A stretch of DNA of 64,000 nt from Eledone cirrhosa. Lineage: Eukaryota. The position numbers and the translations under genes are program-made. Below, one piece after another: positions 26,544-37,039 of the stretch. Numbering within the stretch: the stretch's first letter is position 1; each line of letters starts with the position of its first letter. A model generated the notes under the pieces. The model was not told where the DNA came from and did no database searches. It saw only the letters and a list, made by a program, of their open reading frames with translations. Location of the stretch: positions 183,954,001 to 184,018,000 of the forward strand of contig OZ024742.1 in assembly GCA_964016885.1 (NCBI GenBank). Direction: 5' to 3'.

Positions 26544-28643
26544 ATGGCTACCAAAAAAAAAAAATTTCATACGTCACTCCCACTCATTCCGTCTTCTTCT
26601 TCCTCAATCATCACTACAGGAGAGAGAAGATTGTCTCTCTCCCTCCCTTCTTTAAATGTGTCTCTCTCCCTACCTTCTCTTTCGCAAGCGACGAAAGAAA
26701 AGAAAAGTCTCGTGCAAAGCGTGCAAGGTTTCTCCACGACGACGACGACAGCGACGAAACAGGTGTGCGGGAAATACGAAAACCCAGTTCATTCGTCTGA
26801 CGTCAGGAATAATAGCAGTAGCAGCCGTAATAACAACAGCAACAGTGACAATGAAAACAACAGTAGCAGCCGCAACAGCATCACCAGCAGCATAAACAAC
26901 AACAGCATTAGCAGCAGCAACACCAACAACAACCACAGCAACAGCGGCGGAGGCAGTAGTCGTAGTACCTGCAGCAACAACAAAAGTACCAGCAGCTCTG
27001 ACGACAACAACAACAGCAGAGAAAAACCAATCTCATTTGCAGGTATTGCGAAAAACCTGGAAACAATCCTCATAACAAATGAGGAATTAGAGGAAGCGAA
27101 GAAGATGGTGACAAAGAACGGACACCGAGCAATCTGCAAGGCAGCGAAAAATTTTTTCGAAACCCAAGAGCACTGTACGGTCACGTACCGTACAGTAAGT
27201 ACAAAATCCCGTAGGGTGGAAAGAGCCACAGAGGCCCAAATACAAAAAGCCTTGGGGTCTGTGTGGCAGAGGAAAACGCACATCACCCGAGGCAAAAAAT
27301 ACGCCACCGTAGACGTACTTTTTGCCACACCCCAGGAGGCAAAGGCCCAATCAGTAGTGACCCTAAGGAGCGAGGAAATGGTGTTGGTGCCCTCCTACTG
27401 CGGGCAAAAAATTGTGAGGGTCAAACTGACCCACGTCCCCCCCGGAATGACCCCTTCTTGGCTGGCCGCGTCTGTCCTCGTCGGAATCGAGGACAAAACA
27501 ACTGTACTGCAAGTACAGAAAAAAGTAAGAGAAGATTGGGTCGGCTCCTCCATTGAGATGCTAATCCAAACCAACCAGGAGTGCATCGAAGCTATCCCGG
27601 ATGTGATAGACTTCGATAACGGCACTCAACTGCCCATAAGTGTTGAGGGCAAACGCCCGAAATGCTTTCGCTGTGGATCGAAGACTCACCTCAGGGCCTT
27701 CTGCAACGAGAAGACCCTGAGAAAGGAGAAAACCCCCCTCCTCCCGAATCCGGTTCCACGGCTACCAGCAACAGGACAAGCGGCAACCAGGAACGATAGG
27801 TCCGTGGCACCCATACCCACTCCACGGAAATCAAAGACAGCAGCAGCAGTGGAAATATTAACAACAACAACAGCAATACCAAATGCAGCTGCAACAGAGA
27901 CTCCAGTGCAAACATCACCAACAACAACAAGTGAAAGAGTGGAGCTGGTACCCCTCCCCGACCTTACAGAATCAGACATGGAGTGTGAGGTGGGAGAGGG
28001 ATGGCAAAAGGTCTCAAGAAGGCACAAACGCAGAAGCAGCGCATCGTCGCCTTTGAAAAGGGAGGAAAGAAATGAGAAAAGGGTAAAGTCTACTGCAAAG
28101 AGACCCACAGCAGCAACACCACCAACACCATCACCACCCACACCAGCACCACCATCACCACCGGCGACAACCCCACCGCCAACAACACCTTCAACACCAC
28201 CACCACAAGCACCAACATCGCAAACACAACAACAAAACACACACACCCAGCAACAACGACAAGAAAATAGCAGAACCACACCCCACCCCCAGAAAAACAA
28301 ATGCACGGCAATAAACACACACAACAAGAAACTAATGACTTACATAATTGAACACACAGACATTTCACAACAGGACTACATAATACCAGCACCAATCAAA
28401 ACGCCAACTAACATAAGACTGCTAAAAATAGCACAGAAACAATACACAAACATTAAAACGAAATTCCCCAACGCAGTTGGTGATTTCAGGGACCTAGGAG
28501 GAACCATTAATCGAAGAGTATATTCAGACATTCTCTTAGAAGAGCCGACGACCAGCCGAAGGGACGATTCAACGGTCCCTTCACCAGACGATCAAGTGAA
28601 AAGGGATGTAAAAACCATCCCTCCTCTACCAAAAATACGGTAA
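26544..28643 (+). CDS. LINE ORF1 protein (gag-like nucleic-acid-binding), ~699 aa
   Basis: First ATG at 26544 in AACATGG context; Ser/Asn-rich N-terminus, CX2CX4HX4C knuckle CFRCGSKTHLRAFC, basic patch, Pro/Thr-rich tract. Confidence 0.9.
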   Translation: MATKKKKFHTSLPLIPSSSSSIITTGERRLSLSLPSLNVSLSLPSLSQATKEKKSLVQSVQGFSTTTTTATKQVCGKYENPVHSSDVRNNSSSSRNNNSNSDNENNSSSRNSITSSINNNSISSSNTNNNHSNSGGGSSRSTCSNNKSTSSSDDNNNSREKPISFAGIAKNLETILITNEELEEAKKMVTKNGHRAICKAAKNFFETQEHCTVTYRTVSTKSRRVERATEAQIQKALGSVWQRKTHITRGKKYATVDVLFATPQEAKAQSVVTLRSEEMVLVPSYCGQKIVRVKLTHVPPGMTPSWLAASVLVGIEDKTTVLQVQKKVREDWVGSSIEMLIQTNQECIEAIPDVIDFDNGTQLPISVEGKRPKCFRCGSKTHLRAFCNEKTLRKEKTPLLPNPVPRLPATGQAATRNDRSVAPIPTPRKSKTAAAVEILTTTTAIPNAAATETPVQTSPTTTSERVELVPLPDLTESDMECEVGEGWQKVSRRHKRRSSASSPLKREERNEKRVKSTAKRPTAATPPTPSPPTPAPPSPPATTPPPTTPSTPPPQAPTSQTQQQNTHTQQQRQENSRTTPHPQKNKCTAINTHNKKLMTYIIEHTDISQQDYIIPAPIKTPTNIRLLKIAQKQYTNIKTKFPNAVGDFRDLGGTINRRVYSDILLEEPTTSRRDDSTVPSPDDQVKRDVKTIPPLPKIR

Positions 28644-28645
28644 GT
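28640..28645 (+). promoter_or_regulatory. Candidate 5' splice site overlapping the ORF1 stop codon
   Basis: CG|GTAAGT; the same hexamer lies at the ORF1 stop at 9523, 39727 and 44677. Confidence 0.55.
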
Positions 28646-28678
28646 GGTCTTTCCCATCTTTTCCACTCTATTTTAAAC

Positions 28679-31600
28679 ATGACCTCACTCAGAATAGGCA
28701 GCATAAATGCGCGTGGCTTGGGGTCGTCATGGAAGCAGGGTCACCTGCTCAACGACCTCAGGTCACTAAACATAGATGTAGTGGCCATCAGCGAGACCAG
28801 AATCTCCGAAGCACGGGCCTTCGCACCGATCTTCGGCGGCTACGATGTGTACGCATCTCCCAGCCGTCCTGGATCGGGTGGAGGAGTTGCTGTGCTTTTT
28901 CGGAGAGGTTTGGATCTCGCCATACGGGCCATCTTCCTGGACCCAGAGGGTAAGCTGGTGGTGCTGGACGTGACCAGCGGAGACGGGCAAGCTTTCAGGC
29001 TAGTGGCCGTCTATGCCCCGACAGGAGCAGGGCGGCCTGATTTCTTCCGGCGTCTGGAGACCTTTCTTGGAACGTCGCGCTCTTTAGTGTTAGTGGGCGA
29101 CTGGAACGGGATCTTAGATGCACGCTGGGACTGTGTGGGATTAGCGGATAGGGGTGGAGGGTGCAAGAGCCTCACCAACCTGCTCAGGCGTTTTGAACTG
29201 TCTGACAGGTACCGATTGGATTTCCCGAATGTGCCAATGTGGACTTGGACAAACCGCATAGGGTCATCCAGATCATATCTAGATAGAGTATTTTGTAGGG
29301 AAATAGATAGGTCTAGCATAGGCTGTCCACAATTCAAGATAGTCAGCTACACGGACCACAAATTCGTGATCTGTGTGCTTGACTTAGATAGGCTTCATAG
29401 ACGAGGACCCGGCTACTGGAAGCTAAACGCGTCCTTACCAGCGCGCAAGGCCTACAGAGACCGGATTAGCGAACTAGTTAAGCGGGCGTTGACGGGGGCC
29501 ATCGTCAACAACAAGTGGTGGTTTGCTCTGAAAAGAGCGATTAGAATAGAATCGATTAGGTTTAGTAAGGCTTTAGCAATAGAGAAAAATAGAGCAGAGG
29601 GAGAACTAGTTAGAAAATTAGACGAGGCGCTTAGCAAAGGCATTGCGACCGACGTGCTTGCGGCGAAATTGGCCCTTGACCAATTCTTCAATGCAAAGCA
29701 CGAAGGCTGCGTTGTCAGAGCTAGGGTGCGTGCTCTCAGACACGAGGGGACGAAAGCCGTTCAATGGGCCCGAGTGGCGGAGGCGCGTCGTGGCAACAAA
29801 GCCACGATCCGGTCTTTGGTGGACCACGACGGGCGCATGCTACTCGATCCCGGGCAAATGTGTGAAGCTTTTCAGCGACACTTCGCTCAGCTGTTCGGGG
29901 GCAGCGGGGGGCCGGGTAGAGGGATGGACTTTAGTGTCTACCTCGACGGACTGCCGCGGCTCTCGGCCACTGAGGCGAAGTGTTGCGAAAAGCCGATAAC
30001 AGCCGCTGAAGTAAGGGAGGCAATGACTGGCTGCACAAGGGGTAAATCGCCTGGTTTGGATGGTCTGCCCTATGAACTTTACGTACAGATGCCAGACTTG
30101 TTCGGAGGCCTCTTGGCGGACGTCTACTGCAACTGGCAACAGAACGGGAGAATTCCCAGTTCTGTGAGCCGAGGAGCGGTGGCACTGCTGAGAAAGGATC
30201 CGAACAAGGGGGATAACATAGAAAATTTCCGGCCCATAACTCTGCTAAACACAGAGTTTAAGATTTTGGCCAAGGTGCTAGCAAAGAGGTTGGCGCTTGT
30301 CGTTGGTGGTCTGGTGGGAGAGGCGCAGACATGCGCCATTCCCGACAGATCCATCCACGACAACCTCCACCTCATGCGATACATCGTAGAGAGGGTAGCT
30401 AGGGAACCTGGCACGGGTGGGTCCTTGATCAATTTAGATCAGTCGAAAGCTTTCGATAGGGTCGACCATCGTTACCTAGCGGCAGTCCTGAGGGCGGCTG
30501 GCTTTGGGCCCGTCTTCAGAGGCTGGATCGCTGCCATGCACAGCGACATCTGCTCTGTGGTGAGAGTGAACGGTCACCTGTCGGAACCGTTCAACATCAT
30601 GCGCTCGGTCCGCCAAGGATGTCCCCTCTCGTCCCTCTTGTACGTATTGACTCTCGAGCCATTACTGCACAAACTGGAGACGTTGAGGGGAGTCCCGCGC
30701 GAACTAGGATGCGGAAGATCCGTGTCAGCATATGCGGACGATGTCACCGTAGTGGTGTCGAACGCCAAACACATCGAGGCGATCGGCACTACACTAAGAG
30801 AATACGAAGCGGTGACAGGAGCAATGATCAACCAGGAAAAGTCAGTGGGCCTGCAGCTCGGCACCTGGAGAGGCAGGTCCATGCCGTCCAACAGCGTCGT
30901 CGGGCGCTGGACGGACGGACCGGTTAAATTGCTAGGGGTCTGGTTCGGTCCGGACCTCCAGACGGACAAAAACTGGGACGAGGTGACGAGCAGGGTGGCT
31001 TCTCTCACCCAGAAATGGGCGGAGAGGAAGCTATCCCTGAAAGGTCGAGCGGAGGTGGCTAACGCGTACATCGCGTCTGTCATCTGCTACCGCCTAACCG
31101 TCGTACCTTGTCCTAAGCCTCGCCTGACTGCGCTGGAGCGTTTGCTCTTTCGCTTTTTGTGGAAGGGACGTGCTCCGATGGTCAGGCGGTCCATCTGTTG
31201 TCAACACCCGCTACGTGGAGGGCTGGGCATGCCGTGGCTGATGATGCGCAGGCACGCGCTCAGGCTACGACATCTCCACCTCTTCCTCGACGGTGATCAG
31301 GTGTGGTCGCCGTTTGCTAGACGCGTTTTTCCCCAGCTCGTTTCCTTGACGGAGCTGCAGTCCTGGGTCAAGCGAAGACCGAGAGGGAGCGCCTGGAGAC
31401 TGGAATGTCTTCAGGCGCTCACAGCCCTCGACCAATCGGGCAATGTGATCGGTGGAAACTCCACCTCGGCGTTCTATAGAGGATTAGTGGAGGGGAAGAG
31501 CGACGACGTACTTGGGGAAACTCTAGGCGTCGACGAAAATCAACTAGCCAATCTCTTCGGAAGAACCTTCGGGCCAGGGCCTATGGACAACTTCCAGAAA

Positions 31601-32098
31601 TCTCTGGCCTGGCAGTGCTACCGAGGAGCCTTGCCAGTTCGGGATAAACTCTACAGGCATGGAGGTGCCGTCAGCCGGGCATGTCCGAGATGCGCGCAGG
31701 GCGACGAAACCGTCCTGCACGCACTCGTCCAGTGTCCGAAAATTGCTGACTTGTGGGTTTATGTCGAACACCTGCTGTCGCGTTTAGGACGGATCCAGCT
31801 ATCATCTGAGTCTATCGTGAGGATTGCCCCGCCCTCCTCCTTTAGCCGGGAAGGGCAGGCAGTTTTTATCTGTCTGGTGGCCATGGCGAAAGAGATAGTA
31901 TGGTGGACACGTTTGAAAGGGCTGAAGACGAGCACTTACCTCTTCGGTGATGCTCTGATTGACTTTTTCAAATTTCATTTGAAAAGGAAAATCAGAGTAG
32001 AGAAGGAAGTGCTCTCTTCCCAGCATTTTGTTGAAAGATGGGTGAGAGAAGCAAGAATGGCCCGAGTGAATGGGCCGACTCTGAGTATATATCTGTAA
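28679..32098 (+). CDS. LINE ORF2: APE endonuclease + reverse transcriptase + C-terminal zinc finger, 1139 aa
   Basis: SINARGL, SET, GDWN, YLDR, TDH; GYWKLN; KSPGLDG, FRPITLLN, LDQSKAFDRV, VRQGCPLS, YADD; CPRC...ETVLHALVQC. Confidence 0.95.
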   Translation: MTSLRIGSINARGLGSSWKQGHLLNDLRSLNIDVVAISETRISEARAFAPIFGGYDVYASPSRPGSGGGVAVLFRRGLDLAIRAIFLDPEGKLVVLDVTSGDGQAFRLVAVYAPTGAGRPDFFRRLETFLGTSRSLVLVGDWNGILDARWDCVGLADRGGGCKSLTNLLRRFELSDRYRLDFPNVPMWTWTNRIGSSRSYLDRVFCREIDRSSIGCPQFKIVSYTDHKFVICVLDLDRLHRRGPGYWKLNASLPARKAYRDRISELVKRALTGAIVNNKWWFALKRAIRIESIRFSKALAIEKNRAEGELVRKLDEALSKGIATDVLAAKLALDQFFNAKHEGCVVRARVRALRHEGTKAVQWARVAEARRGNKATIRSLVDHDGRMLLDPGQMCEAFQRHFAQLFGGSGGPGRGMDFSVYLDGLPRLSATEAKCCEKPITAAEVREAMTGCTRGKSPGLDGLPYELYVQMPDLFGGLLADVYCNWQQNGRIPSSVSRGAVALLRKDPNKGDNIENFRPITLLNTEFKILAKVLAKRLALVVGGLVGEAQTCAIPDRSIHDNLHLMRYIVERVAREPGTGGSLINLDQSKAFDRVDHRYLAAVLRAAGFGPVFRGWIAAMHSDICSVVRVNGHLSEPFNIMRSVRQGCPLSSLLYVLTLEPLLHKLETLRGVPRELGCGRSVSAYADDVTVVVSNAKHIEAIGTTLREYEAVTGAMINQEKSVGLQLGTWRGRSMPSNSVVGRWTDGPVKLLGVWFGPDLQTDKNWDEVTSRVASLTQKWAERKLSLKGRAEVANAYIASVICYRLTVVPCPKPRLTALERLLFRFLWKGRAPMVRRSICCQHPLRGGLGMPWLMMRRHALRLRHLHLFLDGDQVWSPFARRVFPQLVSLTELQSWVKRRPRGSAWRLECLQALTALDQSGNVIGGNSTSAFYRGLVEGKSDDVLGETLGVDENQLANLFGRTFGPGPMDNFQKSLAWQCYRGALPVRDKLYRHGGAVSRACPRCAQGDETVLHALVQCPKIADLWVYVEHLLSRLGRIQLSSESIVRIAPPSSFSREGQAVFICLVAMAKEIVWWTRLKGLKTSTYLFGDALIDFFKFHLKRKIRVEKEVLSSQHFVERWVREARMARVNGPTLSIYL

Positions 32099-32239
32099 AC
32101 TAAAGGTGGAAAACTGGGAGAGGGCACTTGCCTTGGTGGTCAGGGTCATTGTGGCTTTTTACTGGGCTTTCTCCACAAATGTTCCTCCGAAGTCTCCCCC
32201 CTATTGGGGAATTTTTCATTGTTATTTTCATTGTTATTT

Positions 32240-32276
32240 TTGTTACATCCTCTATTTTTGTTTTTTTTACACGCAG
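32240..32276 (+). promoter_or_regulatory. Candidate 3' splice site in the Tx1 3' UTR
   Basis: ~80-nt AG-free pyrimidine-rich tract ending TTTTTTTTACACGCAG; equivalent AG at 48301-48302. Confidence 0.45.
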
Positions 32277-32359
32277 AAATGCCCATTTGTACCGTCCTGC
32301 ATTGTCCTGCACTGTCCTTAATGTCTACTTTATGTAAACCCTTGTGGTTAATAAAGAAA

Positions 32360-32421
<62 letters not shown>

Positions 32422-32427
32422 ATTATT

Positions 32428-35400
32428 GTTCTTTGAGTCTCAGTCATTGATGTTAGTTAACTGGAAAGTTTGTTGAAATGAATATCAAGCCACTACCTGC
32501 AGCCTCAGATATTCAGGACGTATCGGAGGGTTCTTGCTGTTCCCAGCAAGCATGCCTTTTGAAGTGTTCCAAAAAGCGGGGCGGGGCCAATTTTCTTTAA
32601 CCGTCCCTGGAAACTTTTTGAGATAGTACCTAGTGCGCCTATGACAATCGGGACACTTTGACTTCATGGCAGTTCCAAATCCTTTTTACCTCCCACTTTA
32701 AGTCCTGGTATCGGTTAATTTTCTCCCTCTCCTTCTCTTGCACTCTCGTGTCGAATGGGCAGGCCACATCCACAATCAGGCACGATCTTTTTTCCTTGTC
32801 CAAAACCACCAGGCCAGGTCTATTGTGTTCCAGTTTTTTGTCCATCTGTATCCTAAAATCCCACAGCACCTTCACCTGATTGTTCTCCATCACCGCCTCT
32901 GGCCTATGCTCATACCATTTCTCAGAATGTGGTAGATTGTTTACTTTGCACAGGTGCCAGTGGATCACCCTGCCCATCACATCGTGTCTCCAGCCCTTAT
33001 AGTGGGTCTGGGCTAGGTGTTTACACTCGGACACAATGTGAGCCACAATCTCCTCTCTCTCTCCACAGATCCTGCACAGTGGGCTAGCCTCCTCCTTGTA
33101 GATATGGTGCTTCAACCACTTCGTTTTGAGGGCCTGCTCCTGCGCAGCCATTAGCATTCCTTCTGTAGCCTTTTTGAGGTCTCCTCTTCTCAACCAGTTC
33201 CATGTCTGTGGATCTCTAAATTCAGTTTTCTCAAAGAAGGTACAATGAAGGGATTTTCCCTTAAGGCTGCTCTTCCTCCTTGATGTTATTTCCTCCCTGG
33301 ACATCCCCTGGCCTACTGTCCCCTCCTTCAGTACAGTTCTGAGCATTGGCTCCTTACTATAGGTCACGTATTTGTATAGGTTGTTTTTCTCCATCTGAAC
33401 ACAGTCCTCTATGCTGATAAGACCTCTTCCACCCTAAGATCTCCTTAGGTAGAGTCTATCGACATCACTCCTCTTGTGGAACATGTTGTAGATAGTCAAT
33501 AGCTTCCTAGTCTTCCTATCCATTTCTTTTTGTTCAGCAACATTCCATCTCAGAATTCCCGCACTGTACCTAATAATAGACACAGCTCGGGAATTTACTG
33601 CGCTTATGGCATTTCTGCTGTTCAGATGTGACTTCAATACGCTCCTTACTCTCCGAATGTATTCAGTTCTTAACAATTCCTTCATTTTTTTGTTCTTTAT
33701 GCCATCAGCCTCCAGAACGCCCAAATACTTGTATCCTTCCTCAGAGTCAATTTCCTTTATCATCTCACCTGTTGGTATCTGGATCCCGTTACTTCTGCTC
33801 AACCTACCCCTCTTCATCACAATGACTCCACATTTACCAATACCAAACTGCATACATATATCACTGCTGAAAATACGGACAGTGTCAACAAGCACATCCA
33901 ACTCCTTCTCACTTTTCCCGAAGAGCTTAAGATCGTCCATGAAGAGGAGGTGATTGATGGTAAGCTCTCCCCTTCCCAACTTGTATCCTGCTCTCACTTT
34001 TCGCAGCATAATGGTCAAGGGCATCAGGGCAAGGACCAACAACAGAGGGGACAGGCTATCTCCCTGGAAGATACCTCTCTTGATCTTCACGCTTCCCAAG
34101 GATACTCCAGTTGATGTCAACTCTGTCTCCCAGGACCCCATACTCCTGCCTAGCAACTGTCTGATGTTATCCGCCACCCTGAAGATCTCCAGGCTTTTGG
34201 TGATCCAGGAATGAGGCACCATGTCAAATGCCTTTCTGTAGTCTATCCATCCCATGGCAAGATCAGTGTGTCTCCTCCTGCAATTCCCCATTACCATCTT
34301 ATCAATAAGCAACTGGTCCTTTGTACCACGTGACTTCTTTCGGCATCCTTTCTGTTCGTCCGGTAACAAGTTGTTTGTGTGGAGGTGATGGTAGATTTCC
34401 TCAGACACAATGCTCGTCAACAGTTTCCACATTACGGGCAGACATGTGATAGGTCTATAGTTGGTAGCATCATTACCCTTGATTCGGTCTTTCATTATCA
34501 GAACTGTGGTACCTTTTGTCAACCACTCTGGCACCTCACCCGACACCAAGCAGTCATTGAACATGGCCGTCAGCTTCGGGTGGAGGGATGTTAGATGTTT
34601 AATCCAATACCCCTGCACACCATCTGGGCCTGGTGATTTCCAGTTGGTTAGTTTTTTGGTTTGCCCCTTAAGAGTTTCAACTGTGATACTCAAATCAGTC
34701 TGTTGCTGTGCCTGCTCACCGATCTCCCTCTGTACTGTCTCAATCCACCCTGCCTGGGCATTGTGTCTAACATCCTGCTCCCATATTCCTCTCCAGAATG
34801 TTTTAGTTTGTTCCGCCCCAGGGATCAAGTCGTTGCCTCTTTCTTTGCCCTCAAGCTGTCCAAACAGCATCTTCTGGTTGTTGTCGAACATGCGGTTCTG
34901 TTTATACTGACTGACTCTGTTCTCGTATCGCCTGATTTTTGCACTCTTTGCTACAATGCGTTGCTTCAATTCCTCTATGATAATATTTAGCTTTTTACTC
35001 CTAGTTTTGTATTTTATTTCCAGTCTATTTTTAGTGCCTATGTTTTTTAGTGTCCCATTCAGTAGTGACTCAAGCTTTCCTATGTCATTTCTCATTTCCC
35101 CGATTTGCCCACTCAGTCGCTTCTTCCACCACGGCTCTGCTCTTTCTTGTCTGTTGTTTCCTCTCGCTTTTATACCAAGTAGTTTCCTCACCGTATTTGC
35201 TGTTGCTCTGAGGATATTGTTGCACTGGTGAAGGCTCCTCGCCTCAAGGTATGGGATGACTTTGTTTACCTTAGCTGTTGTTTCTTTTAACTTTTTCCTG
35301 TCTACAAATCTTAGGTTCATAGGTCTCCCACTATCATTGTTCAATTCATCTACCACTAAATTTAGGATGTCAACCGAATCTTGTCCTAGCCCGTCAGCAT

Positions 35401-36967
35401 TCATCTCCTCAGTGGCCGTATCTCTGTTCCAGGTATTATTTATCTCAGTACTCAGATCATTGTCTGCTTCGGGTGGTTCCTCCGTTCTCAGGACCTCCTC
35501 ACCTTCATTTCCCACCGGCTCGCTTGTCTGGCATACTACACCCGCCATCTCCAAGCCATTCTCTCTGCTCAGTTCCTCCAGTTCCAGCTCGCTTATCCAC
35601 CCATTAGTTCTTATTACCCGAGCCTGCCCGGCCAATTTTTGTTCATCTAATTTAAATAAACCAATCTCGTTCCAGATGTTATGCATCCGTCTCCTGTAGC
35701 CCCTCTCCTTGGGGTTACTTTTCAGGTAGCATTGCATAACAGTTCTATTCAATTCTTTCGTCCAGTTGGTTCTGGCCCCTTTCCTTCTTCTCCTTCCTCC
35801 AACATCAGCAGTATTTGGTTGACAGTCAGGTTCCTGCTGCTGAGCCAGGGGGCACCTGTTGGGTGAGAGTCTGTCACATGACGTTCTAGTCTCCATTTCA
35901 CCGTTATTCGAACTGTTTATGTTCGATATTTAAACACTCTTATCGAGGATTGGCGAATGTATGTTTACATAGCCATCTGTGGATCCGCCATCCCACTTGG
36001 CCCTTGTGTGGCATTATCACCACGCTGTATACGAACACACATAAACAAACAAACACACAGGCAGAAAGGGCCCCAAAAATGCATATGCATAAGTTTCATT
36101 GTAATGTAGTGTTCGAATGTCTGACTTAGTTTTAGTTTTTTAAGTTTTACTTTTTCCCCCCTCTTCTCTGTCCGTCCGCCTGCTTCTTTCTTCATTCTTA
36201 TTTTCTTTACGTTTTTGGGGTTTCTTTTTTTTGTTTTTGTTTTTCTCTGTTTGTTTTTCTCGTTTTTTGCTGTTGTTGCTGTGCTGCTTTGGTTTTGTTG
36301 TTTGTTTTTTCTTTTTTCTTTTGAGTCTATCTATATATTTTGATGCCTTCCTCTTTGTTAGTAGTAGGAATTCTATAATGTGGAAGTAGCAGCCAGCAGG
36401 GGGAAGTGGGAGACTGGCGGCGTTAGCGATACTGAGACAGTGGTGGTGGTGATGTCGATACCGAGGCAGTGGTGGCGGTGATGTGACCGTATTACTGTAG
36501 TGATGGTGCTGTAGCGGAGTCAAGGGGTGGTGGCGGCGGTGATGGGATAGTGGTGGTAATGATGGCCGTAGTGAGCGGTGGCGGTGAAGGTGAAAATGTG
36601 TCGTTATCTGGCTGTTGTGTTTAGTGTACACAGATGATGGGGTGGGTGGTGTATCTAGTTTCTGGTGTTGGTGAGTTTAGCTGTCCTATATAGTGTAGCC
36701 AGAGGAGAGGAGGGGGGGGGGTTCTTCTTCCATTTATAGCCATTTTTTTTTTTTTGGATATACAGTGTACAATACAAAGTTGAATATTTGAATATTTGAG
36801 CCTTATAACAATATATTTTGGGTCCGAATTTTTTGGGGCTCAAGCCGGGTGCTTTACGTAGCATTTGTACTAAGAGTTGTTATTTCACAAATGGTTTAAA
36901 TATGTTAAAAATTCAAAACTTACGGGAGCGATTTCATGACCTCCGTCACCTCGTGCGTCTTCTTCCC

Positions 36968-36968
<1 letters not shown>
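32428..36968 (-). mobile_element. Full-length R4/Dong-type copy B2 (B1-type body, B3-type 3' end)
   Basis: Near-identical to B1 at offset 10660, including the TAG at 33434-33436; the 3'-most ~390 bp instead match 37040-37430, with C-terminal frameshifts. Confidence 0.92.
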
Positions 36969-37033
<65 letters not shown>

Positions 37034-37039
37034 ATTATT

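Larger units (their letters stand above)
26331..32361 (+). mobile_element. Intact full-length Tx1/L1-clade LINE (T1) inserted in (ATT)n
   Basis: Two uninterrupted ORFs; 5' end GAATGCCATGG identical to the copy at 43491; AATAAA at 32350; (ATT)n at 26311-26330 and 32362-32427. Confidence 0.95.

Noticed and set aside
26656-32476. Many antisense and alternate-frame ORFs over the Tx1 elements (also 6337-9385, 38833-48347)
   Set aside because: Shadow ORFs of GC-rich or AAC/ACC-rich coding sequence; no independent motifs.
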